A stretch of 64,000 nt of DNA from the NCBI RefSeq assembly GCF_004010195.1, contig NC_057718.1, positions 60,010,137 through 60,074,136 on the forward strand, written 5' to 3'. Below the pieces are notes generated by a model. That model was given only the letters and a program-made list of their open reading frames with translations. It was not told where the DNA came from and ran no database searches. The stretch's first letter is position 1. Each line of letters opens with the position of its first letter. This stretch comes from Chiloscyllium plagiosum. Taxonomy: Eukaryota. A program made the translations under genes and the position numbers. Shown here one piece after another: positions 23,308-36,390 of this stretch.

Positions 23308-24720
23308 GGTTATGCCGCAGCCTCCTGGCTGCAAAAACACAGATAGATTGCTCACTTAGCCAAACAGCAAGGGCCGCTGTGTATGTTGGCTAAGTAAAAC
23401 TCTGAAATGACAAAATACACACACCAGACACACTGCAATCACAGCAGCCAGGTGCTAATGACATTAGCATTGCGTAAAAGGACAGATATATCTGAACAAC
23501 TTATCCATTAAACAATGGAGAGCCACGATAGAAAGAACCGGTTCTGCTACACAAAGAAACAAAGTGTAGCATGCCATCCAAATGATTGACTCTTGCTTCA
23601 AACTATTAAGTGTATCGCCCAGATTTCCAGAAATATAGAAAGTTCTGAAAAATCACCTAAAAAGTATAAAAACAGGGCTCACCTGCAGATCTTGCTCTTG
23701 GAATCTTCTGAGGCCTTCTGAGGAGATCAGCATGGCAAGAGGCAGAGACCAAAAGCTCTTTGACTGCACAATGAACTCTCTGCCACAACGCCATGGCCTC
23801 CTCAGCCTTCCAGCTCTTTGACCACACAACGAACCTCTCTCAGAGGTGCACTCAGTGAGTCCATTTCTCACTGCCACAATGCCATGACCTCCTCAGCCCT
23901 CCAGCTCTTTGACAACACGATGAAGTCTTCGCTACATCGGGGAGACTGAACGTAAATTTAGGGAACGATTGGCCGAGCATCACAGCCAGGCCCACAGGAG
24001 TCAACTGGACCTTCCAGTCATAGTCTATTTCAACTCCCCTTCCCACTCCATTTCCGACATGACCATCCTTGTCGTCTTCCTTTGCCACAACAAACCACAT
24101 TGCAAATTGGAGGAACAACACCTCATCTTCTGCTTGGGCAGTCTACAGTGAGCTCCCCAATTCCAAATAATCTCTGTTCCCAGACCCTCCCCCTTCCTTC
24201 CACTCCTCCCTGCCACCAACCGGATTCATTCCTCCCTTTGACCAACCAGGTCATACACTCTGCCTGTTTTCACCTAACCCACTTCACCACTCTGCCCCTG
24301 CCATCCCCTTTATCTGCAGCTCCCCCTATACCCACACCCAGTCCTGAAGAAGGGTTACACCCGAAACATTGACTTTGCCACCTCCTGATGTTGCCTGGCT
24401 TGCTGTGTTCTTCCGGCCTCCTGTCTGTCTACAAGAAGCAGAGACCAGCTGACCACCTAGAGACAGAGAAAGAGAGAGAGAGAGCAGAAGAAAGCAGCTT
24501 CGCAGACCCAGAGACAGAGCCATGGACAGCGTGACTGCATAAATTTACAAGAGACTCAGGAAGGGGCCAAATTGAATTAGGGATGTTATGTTTAGCATTA
24601 AAGATTATTGTAATTTTGTTCCTAATGAAGTAGCACTGTTATGCATTGGTACTGTTTGGTGTTCGTTTCGATTTCACTGCTTCAGTATTGTGAGACACCT
24701 GGGCAAATTCATTCATAACA
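23308..24720 (+). mobile_element. 3' LTR (about 730 bp net) interrupted by a PLE insertion
   Basis: Starts directly at the purine run AAAATGGGGG. Ends GGTTATG (23308) and CATAACA (24714-24720) form the TGTTATG..CATAACA terminal inverted repeat with one change. TATAAAA at about 23665 and ATTAAA at about 24597. Confidence 0.6.
23752..24431 (+). mobile_element. Penelope-like element 3' fragment (GIY-YIG endonuclease plus hammerhead) inserted in the LTR
   Basis: LRYIGETERKFRERLAEH...HCKLEEQHLIFCLGSLQ. Motif AGTC-CTGAAGA-A-GGGT-TAC-ACCC-GAAA-CA-TT-GACT at 24340-24374. TSD CAAGAgGCAGAGACCA (23736-23751) and CAAGAaGCAGAGACCA (24432-24447). Confidence 0.9.
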
Positions 24721-25765
24721 TTCTGATTGGAGTTGTCTGTAACTTGTTTAAAGAGGAACTAGATAACAATATCTAAACAGCCCTTCTTTGAATGGGTTGT
24801 TCATGAGGAATGCATTCAAGTGTGATACCAATAAAGACAACTCCAATTCCCCATTCACTGACAGTCTTACCTCCTTTCTGTCACTGATGGTCACATCGAC
24901 TTGATCTTGATGAAATAATACAAGCTATTAGAAAATAAATACTTAAAATCAAACTTATAAATGAAACTGTGACATGTTGCTTCCCCTGAGTAACTGTTTT
25001 CTTAGGCCTCTGCCTAGCCTGGTGCTGTTACACAAAGCATCCCAGTGGCTGTAGCATGAATGTTCAAAAGTTGCTGATGTTCACTGGGTGAGATTGTAGA
25101 TGGACTTGCAGAATGGCTTCAAGCAGCTCTAGGTCTCCTGTCTGCAGACTGTGCCATCTCAGTATTAATGGCATTCATCTGTGGGTTGGCTGGCAAGCGA
25201 CAGAAACAATACTGGCAGAGTGGTAATGGTGGGAGAATGAGTGAGAGCAGACAAGAGGTTCATGCTGCACAGGGTGACTGCCACTCACCTGGCATGCAGT
25301 CTCATTAATCTGAGTAATCTATGGAAGGCTAGATGGCTGGACTTATGTGAGACCCTAAAAGCTCCTTTACACACTGCAGCCATGGGTGCCTGAACTTGCA
25401 TAAGAACAAGCTGATCTCACATGATAGTGATCTAAACTCAAGTGTGCTACATGGAAGCTACAAAGTTAATTATAAGGGACAGCATCACAGTTGGTTCCAC
25501 AAGTAAGCAAAAAGAGTTAGCCAATATTTTCCTCCTGAAATGAGCTCCAAGCTCTGTAAAAAAACAAACCTGTATCATGTTGATGCTGGTCTCCTTTATG
25601 CTGTTTGATATCGACTGAATACAGCCAGAAATCAATTTTCTTTTCTGTAAGCTTCCCCTTTGGAGTGTTCATCTGAATAATCTGCAACATAACCACTTCC
25701 TTCCAGCAAGATGGTGTTTCCACTATCCTTGCAGAAAGCCAGTATGGGCATGATAGGTGGAATAG

Positions 25766-26084
25766 GAGAAAGTGAGGACTGCAGATGCTGGAGATCAGAG
25801 CTGAAAATGTGTTGCTGGAAAAACGCAGCAGGTCAGTCAGCATCCAAGGAGCAGGAAAATCGAGGTTTCGGGCATGAGCCCTTCTTCAGGAAAGATAGGT
25901 GGAATAGCATACTTCAGTGCTACAGCCATAGGACTGCAGATGCTGGAGATCAGAGCTGAAAATGTGTTGCTGGAAAAGCGCAGCAGGTCAGTCAGCATCC
26001 AAGGAGCAGGAAAATCGATGTTTCGGGCATGAGCCCTTCTTCAGGAAAGGTAGGTGGAATAGCATACTTCAGTGCTACAGCCAT
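25766..26084 (-). mobile_element. Family A PLE end, tandemly duplicated as 2 x 155 bp
   Basis: 25775-25929 and 25930-26084 differ at 3 positions. The original TSD GATAGGTGGAATAG is at 25752-25765 and 25894-25907. Confidence 0.92.
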
Positions 26085-26199
26085 TCAATGTTTCTATGTC
26101 GATGAATTCAGTCAATGAAGAGCCATTTACAAATGTTAGCTCTGGATGGAGACTAGACTCATAAAATGAGCAAGCAGCAAGAAGTTGCCAAATGTCACA

Positions 26200-27370
26200 A
26201 TCATGGCAGCAGATATATCATTCACACATACCAGTTTCTGCATTGTTCCAATTTCTTCAGATGCACTGTGTTCATTTTACCTGCAATGCCACAGTTTTCA
26301 ATGCATTTTGCTTTATCACCAACTGAGGATTTCCCTTTTGATTGACCAGACCCTCAATAACGTGCACTCCAATTTTTGTTTTTCTCCTCTCAGTCCTTTC
26401 CTTTGCTTCTTGAAGAATGACAGTGTACTCTTGGTCTTTATCTTCAATTTGAGTCATCTCTTACATTGAATAAATTATTCCCCCACCGTTTCCACCACTA
26501 CCAAGCACATCTCCATGTCCTTCCTTTCTCAATTGGTGAAAGGACAGTTATCCTTCTAAAACCTTGATTCAACCTTCAATTATCACGACATCCCATTCAC
26601 TAGCAACGGCACATTTCTGTGTCAAGTGCATGATGTACACCAGGTGTGCTTTCACCTCCTTGTTCTCCACTGTCCAGGGCCTCAACATTGCTTTCGAGTG
26701 CATTTGTGTTTTCCTTCATTTCTTTCAATTTAGTACACTGTATTCCCTGCTCACAGTGCATTCTTCTCTACAATGACCAAATGACTGATTGATGCAATGA
26801 AAGCCATCACTGAACACACAAGCATGAACCTAAGCTTCCAGCCATTTGTCATCTCAATTCCCTGTGACAATCTTATTCTGATCTCTCTGGTCTTGGCCTC
26901 CTCACTGTTCTAATGAAGTTGACCATAAGTTTGAGCAACAGCATGTTATCTTTCAAATAGGCACTTTATAGTTTTTCAGACTCAGCACTGAGTTCAACAA
27001 GTTCAGTTCAGAAACATCATGGACTGCAGCTGTTGGCAATGTTGCTGCTATTGCCACATACTCTTTATTTTGACTCATCTTTTAGGGCTTTATATTTGCT
27101 ATTATCACTTTCAATTTGCCTTGCATCCCTTTTGGCATTCAATTTATTCTGTTCTTGCATTATTACAAATATTCCCATTTATTCTTTCCCCTGAAACCTA
27201 TAGTGTTCCACAAACTCATTGCCTCACTTTCCTAGCATCTGTGCTTTTGTCAAACCAGTTACATGGCTAACTTCTTTTTCTGGTGGAAAGTTGTTTACCC
27301 AAAATGTTTGTCTTGGTTCTCTCTTCATAAATGCTTACTGACCCACTGAGTATTTCCCATATTTTCTTTC
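26200..27370 (+). mobile_element. Old Penelope-like element (GIY-YIG region and 3' end)
   Basis: SFNLVHCIPCSQCILLY and KFEQQHVIFQIGTL..LSTEFNKF motifs parallel the GIY-YIG domain at 23925-24150; PLE-type end tgacccactgagtatttcc. Confidence 0.7.
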
Positions 27371-28199
27371 TCTTTGCACAGATTAAGGATTTTCTGTTAT
27401 GATACATAATTATTAACAAGTTATTGGATAGCAAAACGCGCATTGCTGATCTTATTACATGTGACAAATGACACTGAACTTCAGACAGTATCTATTAAGA
27501 ACTGTCACAATATTGTCAAGTCAGACTCTGTGGAAAAACAGAAGTTAGTTCGTGCTTTGGATTTAAATACCCTTCTTCAAAGTCAAGAAAATAGGAAATG
27601 TGGAGATATCTGAGCCAGAGAAGTGAAAAATGAAAGCAGTGACATAAAAGAAGAAGAGATTATTAAGATAGAGTGGGGAAAGGCTCCAGAACTATTCAAG
27701 GTGAGGACACAGAGTTTCAAACTGATTCAAAGGAGACAGAGGACTAATGAAGCCTAAGAAGAACTTGTCAAATTAAAGGGCAATGCTTGCGAATGTAAGG
27801 GCGTGCAGAGTTAGATTTAATGCAGAGTGGAAACGTAACAGTTGCTGTGAAAACCACGGAAGGGAGATTACACAAAAAAGAAAGCATAGCAATACATGAC
27901 AAATCCAATATTAAGAGCCGAGGAAGAGGAAAAGAAACTTGCAAGAGACAAAATCCTTTAATATTAAATTTGGTAAAAGAGGGTGTTCGGGATCAAAGTG
28001 GAACTTTTAAAACAGTGCTATTATCAATGATAATAAGCTAATGGCCTTCATGTTGAATAATTACATTGCATCAGTATTTTCAGTAGAGGAAGAGGTCAGC
28101 CTGCTTCCATTCCCTAGGGAACCAATGTTTAGTAAGGGATAGAAACTCACCAAAATTAACATAAGCAAAATAACAGTACAAATTTAATGGCAGTAAAGA

Positions 28200-28880
28200 G
28201 CTACAAATTCCAGAGTCAAATGGGTTACACGCCATCATTTTAATGAAATTAAATCCAAAAATTGCAGGTGCCTTAACCATAATATTCCAAAGATCTCTTG
28301 ATTTAGATCTCTTGTGATTGGAAAATTGTGTGTGTCATTCTGCTATTTAAGGAAATCGCAAGAGGGAAACAAAGGAATTTTATTTCTATTAACAATCATC
28401 TGATGCTGGAACATGACTAGAGCCTGTCACACTGTGATTGAACACCTTGAGAATTTTCAGATATCATATCTGCTTATGAACATATGAATGTATGAATTAG
28501 AACAGGAGTAGGCTACTCAGCCCCTCGAGCGTGTTCCATCATTCAATAAGATCCTGGTTGATCTGATGCTCCATATGTCTGCCTACTCTGAGAAGCTTTT
28601 GCCATGAATCCCTTGAGAGAGACAGTGAATGTCGAAGCCCACAAAGTGAAAGCAATTGATTGTCTTGGTTAGGAGATTGGCTGAGAAGACAGAGAGTAGG
28701 ATTAGCAGGCAGGTTCTCTAATTTGCAAAATGTGAATAGTAATGCTCCACTGTCTTGGGGCCTCAACTATTCACTATATTTATTAATGACATACGGTTGG
28801 ACAGAAAGCCACATATCCAAGTATGCTGATGACCCAGAGCTGGTAGCAGTGTAGATAGAAACATAAAATTGTATGGCGAA
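28200..28880 (+). mobile_element. Degraded CR1 RT fragments, with an inverted CR1 3' end at about 28480-28620
   Basis: PESNGLHAIIL, SWLGDWLRRQRVG and ISKYADDP motifs. Confidence 0.7.
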
Positions 28881-29535
28881 TATATTTCAGTATAAGCAAC
28901 ATTTGAGAATGGCAAAATAGCTAATTTGAATTTAAAATGAATACAACATTGTACTTTTCAAATAGTGATTTATGATGAAATCCTTTATTTGTAGCCATTT
29001 TTTGACTAAGCAAGGCAACAATCTAGGAGTTTTAACATTTAGGGACTAAACAGTTCCAAATATTGCTAAGTGGCAACAAGCAGTTCTGCCCAGCAATACA
29101 GAAGGGACTTACTAATTGCAAAGTATAATTCAGGGGTCACTGAAGAAGAACTCAAAGGTTACAGGCAATGAATGATGGTGTGTGTGTGAGAGAGAAAGAG
29201 AGCGAGAGAGACAGCAGCAGACTCCATCTTCGGAGCTTTTGTGTTGAGCTGTGCTATTCAGAAGGCAGCTGAACCTACAGATTCAGTAAAGGGGACTCAA
29301 TGCGGAATCAAGAGCATCTGAATGGCTTAATGCTATATAAAGTCCGAGGGAAGTTCTAGGACTTAGCAAGCAGCTACATCTGTGCCCAGAAAAGTCCTAC
29401 AGAACTGATAAAATGATTTGCTCTGTGTTGGAAAATAACCTGCATGTATTAGTACTTCAGTTCAGCTAAAAGATTGGGGATTGACAAGCTCACAGGCAGT
29501 GTTTACTTGATACTGCTGAGAGTGCTGGGAGCTTG

Positions 29536-31205
29536 GGATACAAAATGAAGCACAGCAAGATAGCAGACAAAGACACATCCCTCCCTGATATGCTCAATGC
29601 TTTGTATGCTCGGTTCGAGCAGAATGTCAGTGGTGTGGTATCACCTGCCCGGACAGCCCCGGGCTTACTTGTTCCCTCCGTCACTACTGCAGACTCAGAT
29701 CAGTCTTCCTGACAGCAAACCTGAGGAAAGTAACAGACCCAGACAGAGTCTCCTGCCATGCACTTGGATCCTGTACAGAGCAGCTGGCAGAGGCATTCGC
29801 TGACATCTTCAACCTCTCATTGTTATAATCCAAAGTCCCAGCCTGCTTCAAGAAGATCACAATCACACCAGTACCAAAGAAAACACTTGCAATGTGCCTT
29901 ACTGACTACTGCTCAATGGCTTTGACCTCCTCAATCATGAAGTGCTTCCAGAGGCTGGTCATGGCCCACATCAACTATATTCTCCCATCCTGCCCTGATC
30001 CCTGCGATTTGCCTACCGATGAAACAGGTCCACAGCGGACACCATTTCCCTCACCCTACACTCATCCTTGGAACATCTGGATAACAAGGATATCTGCTTC
30101 AGCGTCTTACTCATTGACTACAGTGCCGGCTTCAACACCATAATCCCTACCAGGCTAATTGCAAAACTCAAAGACCTAAGTCCTGGCTCTGCTCTCTGCA
30201 ACCAGATCCTCAACTTCCTGAGCTACAGAATACAATCAGTGAAGATAGACAACAACACCTCTTCCATGATAACCTTCAACACTGGTGCCCCGCAAGGATG
30301 CTTTCTCAGGCGTTACACCCACAATGATGTAGACAAATTCTGTATGATTGTCATCTGAAAGTTTGTTGATGACACCACCATGATAAGATGGAGATCAAAT
30401 GACAATGTATCAGAATACAGGAAGGAGAAAGATTGCTTGGTGTTGTTGTGCAATGATAACAACTTCTCTCTCAATGTTGGCAAAGCAAAGGAACTCATCA
30501 TTGACTTCAAGAAGAAAGGAGGAGGACATGCTCCTATCTAAGTCAACGGGACTGAGATGGAGAGGGTTGACAGTGTCAAGTTTCTTGGAGTGACAATAAC
30601 CAACACTCTGTCCTGGACTTTCCACATAGACATAACGGTCAGGAAGACACAACAATGCCTCTTCTTCCTCAGGCAGCTCATCAAATTCAGTACGTCCATA
30701 AGTACCCTCACCAACTTTTACAGATGCACCACTGAGTGCATACTATCCAGGTGCATAATGACCTGGTATGGTAAATACTCTGCTCAGGGCTATAAGAAAC
30801 TACAGAGAGTTGTGTGCACAGCCCAATCCATCACGGAAGCCAACCTCCCATCCATGGACTCCATTTACACTTCTTGTTGACAGGGAAAGGCTGCCAACAC
30901 CATCAAAGATCCCTCCCACTCTGACAATGCTCTCTTTAACCTCTTCCATCAGGCAGAAGATACAGAAGCTTGAATGCATGCACACACTAGTTCAAGAACA
31001 GCTTTTTCCCTGCTGTTATTAGACTGCTGAATAGACTACTCTAACTTCAAATAATGTTGATTTCCTGTTCAGTCATAACCATTTGTGGCTCACTCTGTCT
31101 AAGCACCCTATGATCTGTACATCCTTATTCACTATGATCTGCCAGTACTGCTCATAAAACATACCCAGGTACATGCGGCTACAATAAATCAAATGAAATC
31201 AAAAC
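29536..31205 (+). mobile_element. Rex1/Babar-type LINE, 5'-truncated
   Basis: [55 protein letters not shown] and LTNFYRCT motifs; 3' tail CAATAAATCAAATGAAATC. Confidence 0.92.
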
Positions 31206-31559
31206 TGAGGGGAAACCCAGTGACAGGACCAGCTCAATGAATAAGTACTGAGTACTGAACAGTTTTAGAGTTTATGGGAGCATTGATCCAGCAAAGGATG
31301 AGCAATTAGAAGGAGAGCAGTTGTTGACTCTGTCATGACGGTATATCTCCGAAGAGGAAATTTATAGGCCAGATGGACAAAAGTGAAGAATTGTGATCTG
31401 TTGTGAAGGTTAATGAGATTTGATGACCCTATTTACTTCAGTTTTCTGTGTTTGCACATTTTGTTCCTTCCTCTCCCACTCTGAGTCTTGTTATCCAAAA
31501 AGCTGTTGCCCAATGCTGCCACATCATTTTGCTTTGTAAGCCTATATTTCCCTTCTGTC

Positions 31560-32300
31560 AACAACACCACCACCACCACTTCAATTTGCTTGAAGCCCTC
31601 TCTATAGTTTTAATTATTTGATTTGCCGGGGCACTAATCCAAATGCAGATCAATTGAAGCTGTCCCATTGAAGCAGATTCCTTTTACCCCAATATTGTTG
31701 CTAATGTCCATGAATCTCATTCCTATCAGAGCAATCTTTGAGCGCTGCAGTTAAATTTTGACTTAATTTATCCAATATCCGTGGCTCAGGAAGTAATCCT
31801 GGCATTATTACCATAGAGGTGTGTTTAGCTCTGAACCTGTTCAAATTTTTTCAGCAAAATCTCTTTTCTATTGCTGTCAATGTCATTGGTACAAACATTG
31901 ATGTGAGAACTGGGTTTCTCCTGCCCCCACTTCAAATTCCTCCAAGCTCTGAGGAGATATCTTTAACAATAGTACCAGACAGGCAAAACACCTTTTGGAA
32001 TTTGTGCCTTACAGCTAAAGAGAACGCTATCTCTCCATCTAATTACACTGTTCTCTATCACTCTGTGCTGCTCTACCACTAATGTGTTGTTATTTCCTCT
32101 CGCCTCTTGAATGAATCCCTGTTTCATGGTGCCATCATCAGTCCATTCATCCCTACTCTCATCCACAAAGCTTGCAAGAACCTCATAACTGTTGGACAAT
32201 TGTCACTTCCAAAGTTCCTTGAATGTTAGTCTTGGGGTCCCCTTACTGCCTTATCTATTGTCATATCCTCCTGTCCTGATAACAGACCAAAGATATCAGA
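31560..32300 (-). mobile_element. CR1 ORF1 (SGNH esterase region) remnant
   Basis: Minus translation HINVCTNDIDSNRKEILLKKFEQV...VIMPGLLPEPR (GTND-type block) and LSNSYEVLASFVDE. Confidence 0.65.
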
Positions 32301-33234
32301 GGTCGAGTGAATCTATTTCCTCTGTTTGGGAAGTTTAATGTTGAATTTTCCCAGGCACTGAACAATGTGGGCATTGGTAAGAAAGTTTTCAGGATTGTGC
32401 GCAATCAACATTGAGACAAAAAGTCTAATTTTCCAACAAATGTTATTCGGTGAGATTAAATTCTCACTAGTGAGCAGTGAGTGGCTATTTATGCATTAAC
32501 CTTGTCATTCTTATGTCATCTCAGCTCAATGATGTGCAATCTCCCATTCTGCCATCTGCCTCATAGAATCTGGACAGCACCAGTTCATGACATGAAGATC
32601 AGAGTGATAACTAGGTGTCTTCATCTCACTGCTTGCTTCTCCAGCCCTGAATCTTGGTCTGAAAAGATCTAAATCCCAGAGTATGATCCAATAGCAGTCA
32701 CCACATGCACCTACCATCCACCAGGATCTCTAGGCCTCCATTTCTGACAGGAAATGCGCAGGACAGGAGCAGACTGCCAATACTTGGTTGGGGTTTGAAG
32801 TTGAGCTGGTGCTAATAATCCCTCAGGTCTTAGCAGTGGACAGCACCTCCACTTGTAACTAGTGATAGAAAATGTCAAAAGGGATGCTATAGGGACATGG
32901 TTCATAGTTAAGAATGTGGGTTTGGGAATATAGCATGTGAAAGTATATTAGGGCTCGTAGAGAGAAACCTTCCATGAAACTTGCCAAATTTGATACTTGG
33001 TTGATTTCAGGTCAGATTCAACCTTTAGGATCAGAGTCAGAGGGTAACATTTAGAGTAAAATTAGAAAAGAACTTGTAAACATAAAGGAAAGTAGAAACG
33101 AGGAAGTCTCTTCCACAAACGGCAATTGATAAATTATAAACTAAATTTGAAATTGATAGATTTTTGTTACCCAATGCTAGTAATGGATGTAAGACAAATA
33201 CAATTATGTACTGCAATATTTTTTTAACTTCACT

Positions 33235-34385
33235 TATGGGACATGGGCATCAATGGCTGGCCAGCATTTTTTGTCTGTCACTGGTTGCCCTTGAGAAAAT
33301 GGTGGTGAGCTGCCTTCTTGAACCATTGCAGTCCACATGCTGTAGTTGTCCTAATGACCTTAGGGAGGGTACTCCAAGATTTTGACCAAGTGACAGTGAA
33401 GAAACTGTGATATATTTCAAAGTCAGGGTGGTGAGTGGCTTGCAGGGAAACATAAAGTGATGGTGTTTCCATGTATCTGCTGCCCTTATTCTTCTAGATG
33501 AGAATGGTTATGGATTTGCAAGGTGCTAAGGATGTTTGCTGAATTTCTATAGTCCATCTTGTAAATAGTACACACTGCTGTTACTGTGGTTCGGTAGTAG
33601 AGGGAGTAGATGCTTATGAATGTGGTGCCAGTCAAGCAGGCTGCTTTATCCTGGATGGTGACAAGCTTCTTGAGTGCTGTTGGAGCTGTACCCATCCAGG
33701 AAACTGGAGAGCATTCCATCACATCCTGAGTTGTGCCTCGTAGATGGTGGACATGCTTTAGGGATCAGAAGGTGAGTTACCTGTGATAGTAATCCTAGAT
33801 TTTGACATGGTCTTGTAGACTACTATATTTATGTGGTGAGTCCAATTGAGTTTCTGGTCAATGGTAACCCCCAGGATGTTGATGGTGAGGGACTCAGTGA
33901 TGGTAACACCATTGAATGCCAAGGTGGTTAGATTGACTCTTATTGGAGATTAGATTACTTACAGTATGTAAACAGACCCTTAGGCCCAACAATGCACACC
34001 AACCCATTCCCCTAACACTACGGGCAATTTAGCACAGCCAATTCACCTAATCTGCACATCTTTGGACTGTGGGAGGAAACCGGAGCACCCAGAGGAAACC
34101 CATGCAGACACGGGGAGAATGTGCAAACTCACACAGACAGTCGCCTGAGGCGGGAATTGAATCCAGGTCTCTGGTGGTGTGAGGCAGCAGTGCTAACCAC
34201 TACGCCACCGTTCCACCCACGGTACTTGACATTTGTGTAGTGTGAATGTCATTTGTCACTTGTCAGACCAAGTCGAGATATTGTCCAGGTCTTGTTGCAT
34301 TTGGACATGGACTGCTTCAGAGGAGTCATGAATTTTGCTGAACATTTACAACCATTGGTGAACATCCCCACTCTGACCTTGTAGA
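33235..34385 (-). mobile_element. LINE (CR1/L2-group) 3' portion, interrupted by an HE1 SINE
   Basis: MECSPVSWMGTAPTALKKLVTIQDKAACL plus a 3' UTR shared with 44350-44720 (GGCAGCTCACCACCA..TTCTCA). Confidence 0.85.
33948..34218 (-). mobile_element. HE1-type SINE
   Basis: Reverse complement of the HE1 head, body and tail. Confidence 0.95.
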
Positions 34386-35869
34386 TCAGCAATTATCTCA
34401 TTAAATGTCAGAACAGGCATATCAGACTAAATGGTATTTGTCTGTTCCTACTTATATGATGGAAAAATATGAATAGATCGGGATGGGGTAGTGCATCCGG
34501 TCAAAGAAAATAGATGCTATCAGTAATAGTACTCAATATTTACAATGGGATCTCTGCAGATGCCAGCTAAATAATTGAGAGTCCAAAATGGTGCAGTGTT
34601 AACAATACTCTCACAGAAAATGCAATTTTAAAAGAATAATGTTTCAGTGCATTGTGCAGCTAATGAAATTTGTAATAAATATATAGTTGTTGGCAAAAAA
34701 GAAATATCATATTTCTGTCTGATTTGAGATGATATCATTCAAGTTCCAGACTTCAATGATTTCTTTTTCAAACCTGATCCTACTGCCACAAGTATATTCA
34801 GTGCAATAGCCACAATTACAAATGATTGCAGAAATAATATTTTCTCTGTAATTAATGACTATTCGACACTTCCAAGCTGCATATGTAAGTACAGACAAAT
34901 GATAATATGTAAAATGTGTAGCTCTATAAACTGTCAATAAATTTAAAAAGCTCATAACATACTGAATATTACACATTCGTAATAATAGGATGTCAGAATA
35001 AATTTCAAAACCAGTTGAATATGTCTTGATTAATACAATGACTTAATCAAGTGGAAAAAAATGTTTCACCCTATCATTTTTGGACAGGTGTGAAAATGCC
35101 ACTGTAAACATTGAAGGGTTAAATGTTGTTGTCTATTTAAATATTAATATCTATGTTCTGTAGCAGAATTCACACAATTTCTTTCAAAAGGACAGAATGA
35201 CAGATGTTTTAGAAACATGGCTTTTTGATTGTCTAAATGTTACGTCGATTATATTGCATTATGCAGGAAGTATGTTAGACTGCTATTTCAGTCTTAATAA
35301 ATCACAGATGAAGTCCTTTTTTATAAATTAAATTTTTATTTAAATGAAACTGTTATGTTTGTATTTGAACTGACAGCTAAATCTGATAATTAGAACGTGC
35401 AAAGTTGTCTTTGATTGGCATTGTAATTGGATTGTCATTGGGCTGAAAACCTATTATCTTTGGATCATGCCCCATGAAATCTGTTGAAGAAACCTTGCTG
35501 CCAGTCATTAAGTCCACCATGTTGGCTTACAAATTAGATTTTACTGAAAGTATTCCTACAGCTAGGGTTGGATTAGAATGAAATATTTGGCACAGTGCAG
35601 CTGCATTTTGAGAGATATAATAACATTAAAAGTGGTAGCTCATTTTTATGTGTGTCTCATGTCAGTCTTACAGTGCATCAAATTATTATTGATTTTTGGA
35701 AAGGAAATTTGTTCAGTATGGTAGTGCTTTAATACAGGATTGCTTTTTAAATAAATGAATGTAATAAAATATATAACACTAGAACAATTTATTTTGTCAA
35801 ACCAGGCAATAGGCTGTTTTAAATAATAATAACTAAGAAAGTCCTCATTGTTACCAATCACTGTACGTG

Positions 35870-36390
35870 TTGGTACGGTGGGCTCATAAATTGAACAGGA
35901 ATCAAAATTCATCCACAAAGAGTGTTTGGAATTTCCTAAAAGTTCCCTATTTTGGATCATTTGGGATATCTTCAAATACCTTGCTCATTCAGGCATCTTT
36001 CCTGCAGAGCTCAAAATCTGGACAATGGGTAGAATCTGGAGAAGAAAACCGGAACCTCTGAAATATGAAAATTAAGGAGGAAGCTAAAAAAAACTCCATC
36101 AGCCTACCCATGAGAAAGATGGAAATTCTTGAAACTGCAAGAGCTCAAAGAGCTCTGAAAAGCAACAACCAGGAAAGGAAAGGTCAACATTTTGGCCATT
36201 TAATCTGAGCTGAAAAGCTACAAGCATCTCAAACAAAAGGTACAGTGGAGGGCAGCAGAAGGAAGAGTCAGTTTAAGCTTAGTTGGACAATGGATGACAC
36301 ACATGGTTGCAGACCAGGGAGCGTGAATGTCTGAGGATATGCAGGACAGACAAGCATTGCACACCACAATGGCAAATCTCGTGACTACAA
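35870..36390 (+). mobile_element. RTE-clade LINE C-terminal fossil
   Basis: From 36188: HFGHLI*AEKLQASQTKGTVEGSRRKSQFKLSW, matching the RTE pattern YFGHIxR..L..L.GKIEGKR.RGR...W. Confidence 0.7.

Larger units (their letters stand above)
21290..24720 (+). mobile_element. Decayed env-bearing LTR retroelement / endogenous retrovirus-like element (gag 3' part - protease remnant - pol deleted - env - 3' LTR)
   Basis: Ordered remnants: CCHC knuckle (21568-21609), DTGA-like protease motif (21773-21808), furin site plus fusion peptide (22166-22320), hydrophobic TM-like segment (about 23065-23150), purine-rich tract (23300-23309) and an LTR bounded by (G)GTTATG...CATAACA. Confidence 0.75.

Noticed and set aside
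25775..26084. CRISPR-like repeat array
   Set aside because: Only two 155-bp units with no unique spacers, in vertebrate DNA; explained by a PLE duplication.
29892..31022. RT-like ORFs as a functional reverse transcriptase gene
   Set aside because: Multiple frameshifts and stops; a dead Rex1/Babar copy. The same applies to all CR1, RTE and PLE ORFs in the window.
28970..31450. Possible solo LTR split by the Rex1 element
   Set aside because: Composition is LTR-like (TG/AG microsatellite, TATA-like runs), but I could not find matching TG..CA ends or a TSD.
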